Assembly (NCBI RefSeq): GCF_001194135.2
Contig: NC_068992.1
Coordinates: 32,311,689-32,357,980 of the forward strand
Reading direction: 5' to 3'
Source: Octopus bimaculoides
Lineage: Eukaryota
Length of the DNA: 46,292 nucleotides
Shown: positions 24,658-34,599 of the stretch, piece by piece
How positions within the stretch are numbered: position 1 is the stretch's first letter
How the letters are laid out: each line of letters opens with the position of its first letter
Notes under the pieces: generated by a model
The model's input: only the letters and a program-made list of their open reading frames with translations
Told to the model about the DNA's origin: nothing
The model's database searches: none
Translations under genes and position numbers: made by a program

Positions 24658-24741
24658 GCTTACTGTTGTTTCAGACACGCATTTGTGTGGGACCATGGCT
24701 GAAATTTACCACGACCCCCAAACTGATATCTTCATCAGAGC
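24658..24741 (-). ncRNA. Type-I hammerhead ribozyme motif with intact catalytic core
   Basis: Minus strand: gct-CTGATGA-AGATAT..(~50 nt)..GTGTCT-GAA-AC-aaca-GT-A-agc. All core positions are canonical. It has a 3-bp stem I, a 6-bp stem II (2 G-U) and a GUA triplet, followed by AATAAA and a microsatellite tail. Confidence 0.7.
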
Positions 24742-25199
24742 GTAAACAAATTTGCTGCCACAGGAAAAGAAGAGCAAAGAAAGAGGTTGAAATTTGGTCA
24801 GAGTGGAATTTATACAAAATTAGGTAGTCAATTGCTAATCATCAAGCTTAAGCTATTGTTCTCTATTACGATGGAGGAATAGTATTGATAGCCAGTAAAG
24901 AAGTTTCTCACCATAGAACATCTTTATCATCGGTGCTGGGGCTTTTATTAATATATTTTCGAGAAATATGTTAGGGCAGTGCCAAGCTTTTTGCGTTTAC
25001 TGCTATATTTTTGGAAGCTATATGAGGGATGATGTAGAACAATTAGCTTTACTATAGCATAGCTAATTATTCTTAACCTGCAGTATCAACATCTTTCTAC
25101 TCTATTCCCAGGAATTCATATAAGTACAAAACATTTTACAGAAATATATATGGTATAGAAATAGACAGACTATAACGTGTAAGTAAACAGTAAGTGTAA

Positions 25200-25302
25200 A
25201 GCGTGTGAGTGTGTGTGTGTGTGTCTCTGTGTGGGTGTGGGTGTCTTTGTGTGTCTGCGTGTATGTGAGTGTATACATATATATGTTATGTATATATTTG
25301 TG

Positions 25303-25347
<45 letters not shown>

Positions 25348-25460
25348 GTTTGTGTACATATACATGTATATAGATATGTGTATATTTATATATGTATGTA
25401 TATACGTGCATGCTTATATATGTGTGTGTGTGTGTGTGTATACCTACATGTATATATATT
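25200..25460. repeat. Compound (TG)/(TA) microsatellite region
   Basis: Direct reading. Confidence 0.9.
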
Positions 25461-26346
25461 AATAAATAACAAAATGGCTGTATGAATATTTAGTTTAAAA
25501 TGAATAGACGTGTATGAATGAGCGCCTCTGTGTATATATGCTAAGCCACACTCACACGCATTCCTTTTGGTTCTGTAGCGGCAACAAGTAATATGATAAA
25601 AAGAAAATATACTGTAATGCATGTGCTGTGGAAAGGAAAGCAGAAATTTCACCGTTTCGACAAAAGAGTCGATAAGGGAACAGAAAAGAGTTAAAGTTAA
25701 ATAGAAAAAAAATGTATAGTTTCTTAGCAATGATATTAATACTAGCTGAATGCATTTTATTGGCAGATATAAATTTTTCGGGACAGATAGTTATGGGAAC
25801 AAGTGCAATTTCAAAGGCTATACGTTTCTTGGCATCGGTTCCTTTCTAAGAATATATGGATTTATAACTGCAAATATGAATGCATTTATGAATCTAACAT
25901 GTAAGACGAAGCTACATTATTATGACACTTTATAACAATTCCACATATTCTGAAAAAGATTACTGTATAATATTCACAACGATTATTGAATTTTATCTTT
26001 ATGTTGAAAATACTTGTTACAGAATAATTGTAGACCTATCACGGCGTGTAGTAACAGTATCTCGCTTGTTTGCTTTGTTCTTTTTTCTTTGCTTGTACAT
26101 CAGCTGCATGCTTCAGTCATCATGCATTATAATTACTAAACAGAAGAGGTTATCGAACATTTTAAAGTACATAACAGAATATTGTAATCCTTTCTGAAAG
26201 AACAAATATATTTATGCACATTAAATGTTCTTTCTTTGAGAAACTGACTAACTTCTACAAAGATTAATATAGACTAACATCTGCACATCACAAAGTATCT
26301 TCCTGGGTTTGAGTAATACACTTTCAGACGTGATATTTAATTTCTA

Positions 26347-26374
26347 CGTGTATAGATGTGTGTGTGTGTGTGTG

Positions 26375-26443
<69 letters not shown>
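26347..26443. repeat. (TG)n microsatellite
   Basis: Direct reading. Confidence 0.95.
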
Positions 26444-26446
<3 letters not shown>

Positions 26447-26549
26447 CATATCTATCACATATAGATGTAAATGTATATTCATATAAATACACATACAGAA
26501 ACACACAGATACAGACACATACCCACACAGACATACACAAACACACACA

Positions 26550-26612
26550 ATCTTTTATTCTTTTCTTTTACTCGTCTCAGATATGCGGCTGCAGTCATGC
26601 TGAAGCACTACC
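26550..26612 (-). mobile_element. 3' tail fragment of the OK/OR-like SINE
   Basis: The reverse complement GTGCTTCAGCATGACTGCAG..GTAAAAGAAAAGAATAAAA resembles the SINE tail at 13735-13790. Confidence 0.5.
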
Positions 26613-26949
26613 GTGAGTCTGGAATGTTGTATTATCCGGGTGGATACTGTGTTAGCTCTCATTTAAATTCCACTTAGCTTCTAACCACAAAGATCAGTAT
26701 CTAACGTCCATGGCTATATTTACTTGTTTGTAACTCCGTGAACATTTTCAAAAGGTAATTTCGTGTTCTCTTCGCTTGGTAGTAAACATTTTCTGGATTG
26801 TATATTAATATTAATAATAATAATGAGTATGGAGACTTGTACATCCACAAAATTTATTTTATAGTGATATGCAGCATATCATAACTACCTACATGTTTCT
26901 GTTTCAGTTGCCTATGTAACATTGCAATATTATCGGTGCAACTTCACCA

Positions 26950-27370
26950 GCGTCCGTCCCTTCGGCCATCTTCAAAGTGAGATGAACGAAGTAAATTCTT
27001 GTTAGTTAGTGTTCTGTGAGAAGTGGGGTCATTGTTATTTATAGGTATGTGCTGTTGACCTCAACATCACCTTAGTCGCTGTCCGAAGTTAGGGCTTCGT
27101 TTAGAAAAATGCTTAAGATCGAGATTGTTGCTTTGATGAGGCACTTTGTTCTTTTAAATGGCTGTGTACGTCATTTTTGATATCCTACCCAAGTCTGAAT
27201 TCGAGGGGCATATAAGTTTTACTGAAGGTCAGTTCGGTTTGTGAACTTTGAGAGATTAATTCTTAGGGTACTACGCTCGTAGGTTCTGTTTTTCCTTCTA
27301 ACCTATATATTTCCATAATTATCTTAGCCTGTATATTGAGCTGAGTGAAGCTGTTAGAATGAGTAATTTC
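26950..27370 (-). mobile_element. Penelope-like RT N-terminal fragment, inverted relative to the adjacent PLE piece
   Basis: The minus strand reads LKVHKPN*PSVKLICPSNSDLGRISKMTYTAI, similar to the PLE RT region LKDHK..RLINPxKSxLGxISK. Confidence 0.45.
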
Positions 27371-27689
27371 ATAACTTTTAAGCATTTCTTATTTGAGCAG
27401 TGTGTGGTTCAATGAGGTAAGGGCGGAATGCTAACAGAAGAATCAACGCACTGATGTAAGCGGGGAATGCTATCAGGAAAATTATCAGTCAAAGGGGAAC
27501 AACTCTAATGAATTCGTTCACACACATAGAAATAGGAGGAACAGCTAGAAAGAGCAGCCCAAAAACTAATACTCATAGGGAATTCAGAAATTATACAGGA
27601 CCGGAGGAATAAAGAATAGGAAAGAGTTTCAGTGAAAAGAATAACAGAATAAATAATGAAAGTAGATAAACAGACTTACACAACTCTGC

Positions 27690-28000
27690 AAGACGTAAAA
27701 TATGCCCTTTAAACTCAAAGTGTAAAACTATTAATAGTGGTCTATAGATTTAAATTTACCTCGGAGTGAAGAGAATACATTTATATAGGCGCTAGCTTTC
27801 TTAGGAAAAATGATTGGACAACCATTTAAATTCCTTTAGAGATAGGGAAATTATAAATAATACAAGTTTAAGTAAATCAATGTGATCACTTAAAGACAAA
27901 AGTAATAGTTATTCTACGGACTGGGGACTGATTAGTATTGTTAAGCCTTATCGAGTGTAGAGAAATAGATGTGACTTATGCGCAGACGTGCTTTAACAAA
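27690..28000 (+). mobile_element. Penelope-like GIY-YIG endonuclease remnant
   Basis: CPLNSKCKT (27703) / VVYRFKFTSE*REYIYIGAS / NHLNSFRDREIINNTSLSKSM*SLKDK..TDWGLISIVKPYRV*RNRCDLC. Confidence 0.85.
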
Positions 28001-28261
28001 TATTTATATCAGACTACACAGGAATTAATACAAGACACGAACAAGCCCCTAGATATTTTCGCAAGCACGGTCGGATCTTTAAGAGATATAACGATAATTC
28101 TAGATAGCCAACACTCCAGCAACAATTGGGCTTGATATAACAACCTTACACAATTTACAACACAAATAATGAGTAATCCAACCTAAAATAAATGAATTTA
28201 AACAAGCAAGAACGCTTCAATCGAAAATAGCACAACCATTAAAAGAAATAAAGAGCTTTAT

Positions 28262-28420
28262 TTCCATTATTTACATTGGACGGATATGTGTCCTCATCTC
28301 GTTTGTTGTTACCACAACGCTTCGGCTGATTTACTCTCCAGCCTTCATCGGATGTCCTGGTAGAATTTTGAACCGAAATCTGGGTTCTTATTTCTAAGGT
28401 ATTTTTGGCTGATGTTATTA

Positions 28421-28424
<4 letters not shown>
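28262..28424 (-). repeat. Left tail of the fold-back element (inverted copy of 30958-31150), containing a hammerhead-like motif at 28313-28354
   Basis: The reverse complement aligns at roughly 80% (by eye) with 30958-31120. Motif: cat-CCGATGA-A-GGCTG/../CAGCC-GAAGCGTT-gtg. Confidence 0.85.

Positions 28425-28480
<56 letters not shown>
28425..28480. repeat. (ATT)n microsatellite
   Basis: Direct reading. Confidence 0.97.
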
Positions 28481-28482
<2 letters not shown>

Positions 28483-28487
28483 ATTTA

Positions 28488-28640
28488 TTCAAGGCACTGC
28501 CTGGACTTCAAGTCGGAATCTTGGGGTTGGTAGCCCGCGCCTTTAACCACAACGTTATATGCCCGTGGTATAACGTAGCGATTACGAGCGCAAGCTACTA
28601 ACACCAATATTCCGAGTTCAGTTCCAGGTAGTGCCTTGAA
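28488..28640. mobile_element. Palindromic head-to-head pair of tRNA-derived (Pol III-type) SINE heads
   Basis: The terminal 18 nt are inverted repeats (17/18) and the arms pair along their length. Each arm read outward resembles a tRNA, with an A-box-like TGTGGTTAAAGGCG / TAGCGATTACGAGC and a B-box-like GAGTTCAGTTCC / GACTTGAAGTCC. Confidence 0.75.
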
Positions 28641-28704
28641 TAATGATGATGATGATGATAATAATAATAATAATAATAATAATAGTAATAATAATAATAA
28701 TAAT

Positions 28705-28738
<34 letters not shown>
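28641..28738. repeat. (GAT)/(AAT)n microsatellite
   Basis: Direct reading. Confidence 0.97.
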
Positions 28739-28739
<1 letters not shown>

Positions 28740-28740
28740 G

Positions 28741-30880
28741 TGATCTTATAATAAAAGATCAATTATTGATCAATAAAGCCATAACTGAAGACAGCCGCAG
28801 AAAGAAGGAAGGCCTCAGTATGGCCTGGGTGGACTACCAAAAGGCTTCCGACAGTGTTCCCCACACGTGGATTCTGGAAACACTAGCCATAAACAAGGTG
28901 GCACCAATTATTATAAAATACATGAGGCACACAATGAACAAATGGCAGAGAGTGCTACGGCTCCAAACAAAAGAGGGACTTGTGAAAACGAAAGCCATCC
29001 CCATTAGAAGGGGAATATTCCAGGGAGACACGCTCTCTCCACTCCTGTTCTGCCTGGCACTCACACCTTTAACTGAATTGCTAAATAGAACTGGATGCGG
29101 TTACAAATGCTACGGGACAACAGTCAGCCACCTTCTATATATGGATGACCTAACATTATATGCTAAAAACGACAAAGAGCTAGAAACATTACTACAAACA
29201 GTACACGGCTTTACCAAGGAAATAGATATGAAATTCGGAATAGAAAAACGTGCCAAAGCAACCTTGAAAAGAGGAAAATTGGTTAAAAGTAGCAATATAA
29301 CACTACATAAAGCCAATGAAATAAGAGAACNNNNNNNNNNNNNNNNNNNNNNNNNNNNNNNNNNNNNNNNNNNNNNNNNNNNNNNNNNNNNNNNNNNNNN
29401 NNNNNNNNNNNNNNNNNNNNNNNNNNNNNNNNNNNNNNNNNNNNNNNNNNNNNNNNNNNNNNNNNNNNNNNNNNNNNNNNNNNNNNNNNNNNNNNNNNNN
29501 NNNNNNNNNNNNNNNNNNNNNNNNNNNNNNNNNNNNNNNNNNNNNNNNNNNNNNNNNNNNNNNNNNNNNNNNNNNNNNNNNNNNNNNNNNNNNNNNNNNN
29601 NNNNNNNNNNNNNNNNNNNNNNNNNNNNNNNNNNNNNNNNNNNNNNNNNNNNNNNNNNNNNNNNNNNNNNNNNNNNNNNNNNNNNNNNNNNNNNNNNNNN
29701 NNNNNNNNNNNNNNNNNNNNNNNNNNNNNNNNNNNNNNNNNNNNNNNNNNNNNNNNNNNNNNNNNNNNNNNNNNNNNNNNNNNNNNNNNNNNNNNNNNNN
29801 NNNNNNNNNNNNNNNNNNNNNNNNNNNNNNNNNNNNNNNNNNNNNNNNNNNNNNNNNNNNNNNNNNNNNNNNNNNNNNNNNNNNNNNNNNNNNNNNNNNN
29901 NNNNNNNNNNNNNNNNNNNNNNNNNNNNNNNNNNNNNNNNNNNNNNNNNNNNNNNNNNNNNNNNNNNNNNNNNNNNNNNNNNNNNNNNNNNNNNNNNNNN
30001 NNNNNNNNNNNNNNNNNNNNNNNNNNNNNNNNNNNNNNNNNNNNNNNNNNNNNNNNNNNNNNNNNNNNNNNNNNNNNNNNNNNNNNNNNNNNNNNNNNNN
30101 NNNNNNNNNNNNNNNNNNNNNNNNNNNNNNNNNNNNNNNNNNNNNNNNNNNNNNNNNNNNNNNNNNNNNNNNNNNNNNNNNNNNNNNNNNNAAGAAACAT
30201 AACAAGTAACTGTAGAATATGTGGAGATGGACAAGAAACAATAAATCATATTATCTCTGGCTGCCCAGTCTTGGCTAAGAAGGAATATATTCACAGACAC
30301 GACAGAGCTGGGACCTATATACACTGGAAGTTATGCCAACACTATGGAATAACAACAGAAAAAAGATGTTATAAACACACGCCAGAAAAGGTAACAGAGA
30401 ACGAGAAAGCAACCATACTCTGGGATATGCCAATACACACAGATAGAGAAATTAAGGCAAATAGACCAGATATAATTGTCAAAGATCATGAAAAAAAAAA
30501 TGCTTTGTAATTGATGTATCAATACCAGCAGATGGCAACGTTTCTCTAAAAGAACTGGAAAAACTTTCAAAATCCAAAGACCTGGAAATAGAGGTAACTC
30601 GAATGTGGAATCTAAAAACAGAAACAATTCCTATCATAGTAGGTGCCTTAGGTATAAGAAAAAAATATTCAGACAAATACATAACAAAAACACCAGGACT
30701 TACAAATATATATAACATACAGAAAATTGCACTACTGGGCACTGCACACATCCTACGCAAAACATTTTCAATACAGTAACCATAAGTGCACCACAGCAAA
30801 CCACAGCACATACCCAAGGCGCACAGAGCTGCGCTCGGTAGTGAAGTGAATGCAGGTTATATAAATAAAACTACTGAACA
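28741..30880 (+). mobile_element. 5'-truncated R4/Dong-like non-LTR retrotransposon (RT, CCHC knuckle, restriction-like endonuclease)
   Basis: AWVDYQKASDSVPH, RRGIFQGDTLSPLLF and SHLLYMDDL. After the gap: CRICGDGQETINHIISGC and NRPDII..FVIDVSIP (PD..D RLE). The ORF ends at 30777-30779, followed by a short 3' UTR and a (TAA)n tail. Confidence 0.9.
29331..30190. other. Assembly gap (N run) inside the LINE
   Basis: Run of n. Confidence 1.
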
Positions 30881-30895
30881 ATAATAATAATAATG

Positions 30896-30957
<62 letters not shown>
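30880..30957. repeat. (AAT)n microsatellite (LINE tail/target)
   Basis: Direct reading. Confidence 0.97.
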
Positions 30958-30958
<1 letters not shown>

Positions 30959-31150
30959 TCAGCAGAAAAAAATACCTTAGGAATGAGAACACAGGGTTGG
31001 GTTCAAAATTGTACCACGACACCTAATGAAGGCTGGAGTGTAAACCAGCCGAAACGCTGTGAGAACAACAAAGAAGTTGAAGACACATATCCGTCCAATG
31101 TAGATAATGTAAACAATGTACAGAATTCCTCATCTCTAAAATACAGAACA
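30958..31150 (+). repeat. Right tail of the fold-back element, containing a hammerhead-like motif at 31020-31061
   Basis: cac-CTAATGA-A-GGCTGG/agtgtaaa/CCAGCC-GAAACGCT-gtg. Homologous to the reverse complement of 28262-28424. Confidence 0.85.
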
Positions 31151-31181
31151 GACCAAAGAGCCTTATTAATCTTATTATATA

Positions 31182-32278
31182 CAGGGATTGGACAAAATAA
31201 GGGAAACACCTAACATCATAGCTTCATAATTTTGAAATATCTATAAAACTGTCAAACACTTGTTTATTTTTATGTTTTTTTTATTTATTATTAGTGTTGC
31301 TTAATATGTTTGTTAAAATTGCTGCTTATTTCCAGATAACATCAATAAAATGGCATATATGTCGGACGTCCAAAGAGGTCAAATTGTTGGTGCTTGTATG
31401 ACAGGCGCTAGCTTAACGAAAACAACCGAAATGTTTCTTGCATCAAGAAGTACTGTCTCGAAAGTAATGACAGCCTTTGAGAAAGTGGAAAACGCCTCCT
31501 TGTCGAAACAAAGCTCTGGAATAAAACAAAACTTTCAGATAGAGACCGTCGGAATCTTACGCGAATTCTTAGATTGTATCACAAAAGTACAGTAACCAAA
31601 ATTACTGCAGAGCGTAATGACAAACTCGAGAACCCAGTTTCCACAGACACTTCTCGCCGAGTCATCCTCTACCTTATTTCTGACCACCGGTCGATTATAC
31701 GAGTATAGACAGCCAACAGAAGCATTTGACCCAGACTGCCTTCTTGCAATTGTTAAACATGGAGAGGGATTGTGATTATCTGGAAGGGGGCTATATATTG
31801 GGAACCCACCGGCCCAATATTTTCCCTTCATGGCAGAATTAATAGTCAAGACGGTTTAAGCGTTTTATCTGACCAAATTCATTCTATGTTTGCGAAACTG
31901 TTTCCTGAGGGAAACGCTATATTTTATGATGATAATGCACCAATCCACAGAGCGACATTTTTTAGTGAATGGCACGAGGATCATCCAAGTGAAGTTGAAC
32001 AACTTATCGGGCCATCACAGTCACTAGATCTCAATATTATTGAACAGTTATGGTTCATTTTACAAAAACAAGTAAGGAGTCGATATCCTCCATCATCATG
32101 ACTACAAGAACAGGAAACTGTTTAAGCTCATGAATGGACAAATATTAATTTGGAAACAATTCAAGCTTTTTACGAATCCATACCTTGTAGAATTCAAGCT
32201 GTAACTACTGCTAAAGGCGGCCCTACTGCATGTTAAAATAAATTTGTTTGAAATTTTAAGGTGTTTCCATTATTTTGT

Positions 32279-32280
<2 letters not shown>
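31182..32280 (+). mobile_element. Tc1-like (DD34E) transposon, internally deleted and frameshifted
   Basis: HTH region MSDVQRGQIVGACMTGAS..SRSTVSKVM and catalytic FYDDNAPIH..SLDLNIIEQLW. Left TIR (TA)CAGGGATTGGACAAAATAAGGGAAACACCT; right TIR AGGTGTTTCCATTATTTTGTCC running into (AT)n. Confidence 0.9.
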
Positions 32281-32333
<53 letters not shown>

Positions 32334-32370
32334 CACACATAAGCGCGCACACACACACACACACATATAT

Positions 32371-32712
32371 TGTGAAGGTGTATGGCTCAATGTTTAGAGC
32401 AGCAGGCTCTCACTCATGAGGTAGTGAGTTCCGTTTCCGGACCGAGATTGCTGCTGGGATTTGAGCAAGACTCTTTATTTCACGTTGCTTCAGTTCACTC
32501 GTCTGTAGAAATGAATTATGCCTTCACTGGTTCCAAGCTGTATCGGCAATAGGCTTTTGCATTATACCTTGGATAAAATCGTTATCGTGGAAAGGGGAGT
32601 CTGGTATGCATGGGCGACTGCTGCTCAAGGATAAATCCCCTTCTCATGACTTTTGCTTTCGAGGTGAAATTTTCAGGAGCTATCCCATGGCTATTGATGA
32701 CCGAAGGGTATC
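32371..32712 (+). mobile_element. tRNA-derived SINE (second family)
   Basis: Head TGGCTCAATGTTTAGAGC..GTGAGTTCCGTTTCCGG (A/B-box-like), central CAGTTCACTCGTCTGTAGAAATG, end GATGACCGAAGGG. Confidence 0.7.
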
Positions 32713-34599
32713 TTTATATATGAGTGCCTATGTGTATGTGTGCTAGCGTGTGTATATGCGTGTGTGAACTTTCTTTTACAGACCTGAAACCAAGGTAGTA
32801 AGGCGTTTCATCTAAATTTGTCGCATGACTCTCATGGAAGTGCGCCGCAGGAGATAAATCTCAGAAGTCTATCACACATTCTGTGTGTTGCCATTTCATT
32901 AGAACATCATCTGGAGAATCAATGCGCGTCGGAAACTGAGAAACTGTTTCACAAATCAGAGGCATGAAAAGAGATTTGAATGATGTGAGAAAGCAAGCTG
33001 GTTTGCCAATATAGGTTAGAACTATAAAACAGAAACAAGCATCAAAATCTAACATTGACAAGCGAGATCAGGAAAAGGTGATAAAACAGCGACCGACACA
33101 AAACTGATTGTACATGATTTTCTTTTTAAATATGCTAGGAGAATGATATTTCTTAGTAGTCCTTTTTATGATAATATATGGCTATCCGTAGTATTACCAT
33201 GTAAGTTATACGAAAACGGTGGAGAATTACAATCTCTTACACCTATTTGAACACCTACAGACAAATGATGCTAAAAGGCTAAATGTCATTTCCTTTGTAA
33301 TGTTTATTTCATTGTCTACTGTATATACGCAATTAAAATATAAGAACGCGTATGTTAAATATTTGTCACTTAAGTAGACGAACCTACATTGATATGAATT
33401 AAAACTACATTTAATCTTGGTTCAAAGCTGAGAAAATTAATCGTAATGCAGTTTCTACCAACAATAGAAGATACCATTTCAAAGTTTTGATATCATTTAA
33501 TGACGATAACCCGAAATATCAGGATATATTTTGTAGAACACTTTGGTACACTTATGAACCATTTTCTGCCAACGTTTAACATTTTCTCTCGGCGGTCAGC
33601 AGACATCATGGAAGGGATTTATAGAATTGTCTGACCAAGTAGCACTGTCTTTTAAGTATGAAACAACTTTCACATCAATATGAGTAATGATTATTTGTGC
33701 ACCTTTATGTGGACACGCAAGGAAACTAATCTATTCTGATTTTCACGAAATTAGCTTCCGAAAATGAATTTGAAATGGTCATTGACACAAAAGAATATCG
33801 TTTTTATTTCATTCGGTTTTAAACATGATCAATATATTTTTATACACCCTACTATAGACAGATTACAGGATATTTTTCTGCCAAATGCTGTGTCAATTCT
33901 TTCTCTTTTTCATAAACGCATGGGACTACTATAGAAAATAAAGCAGAAGCGAATGAGTGTAAAACTAAATTCTGAGAATCGAATCGCAATTAAAATTCAA
34001 ACCTGTAAATATTAAGGATGGTCATTAGTGTGCTTTGATAAAATTCACTGCTGTAACCATTCCCCTATATTTTATTATAACCAGGAGAGTGTCATCTGAT
34101 GGACGTACCATCACGTCTTACAGAATAATTTCATCTAATACATGAATCTAAGTGTATGTGAGCATGCATGTATATATGTATATATATGTGCGTGTGTGTG
34201 TCAAAGTTTTATTTAAAATTAGAATTTAGGTAGATTTTAACGTGTAGTATCCAAACCTTCTCATGGGAATTTCCCTTGTTGTGTGCCTACAGATAACGTT
34301 CACCGCTTACATCAAAATAATAACACAATGAAACTTGTTTTAACACATCTTTAATTATTCTTGCAATTGCTTCTGTACCTGTTTTAATTGCAACATCAGT
34401 TTACACAAACATTCAACGTGAAAATGTATGTAATATCTGCAGTTTTAGACATGAGACAGGCACTTCATTAGACTTGCATCAAGGATGTGCTGTCACATTC
34501 TTCTTCTTCTTCTTCTTCTTCTTCCTGCCTCCTCCTCCTCATCATCAATATCACCATTACTCTTTTTATCATTATAATTAACTTTTTATAATTATAATT

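Noticed and set aside
26945-26985. Minus-strand TTGAAGATGGCCGAAGGGACGGACG as a hammerhead
   Set aside because: It resembles a PLE end but the GAAA core strand is missing, so it is too degraded to call.
32790-33100. Possible exon after TTTTCTTTTACAG
   Set aside because: All frames stop quickly and there is no recognisable protein similarity.
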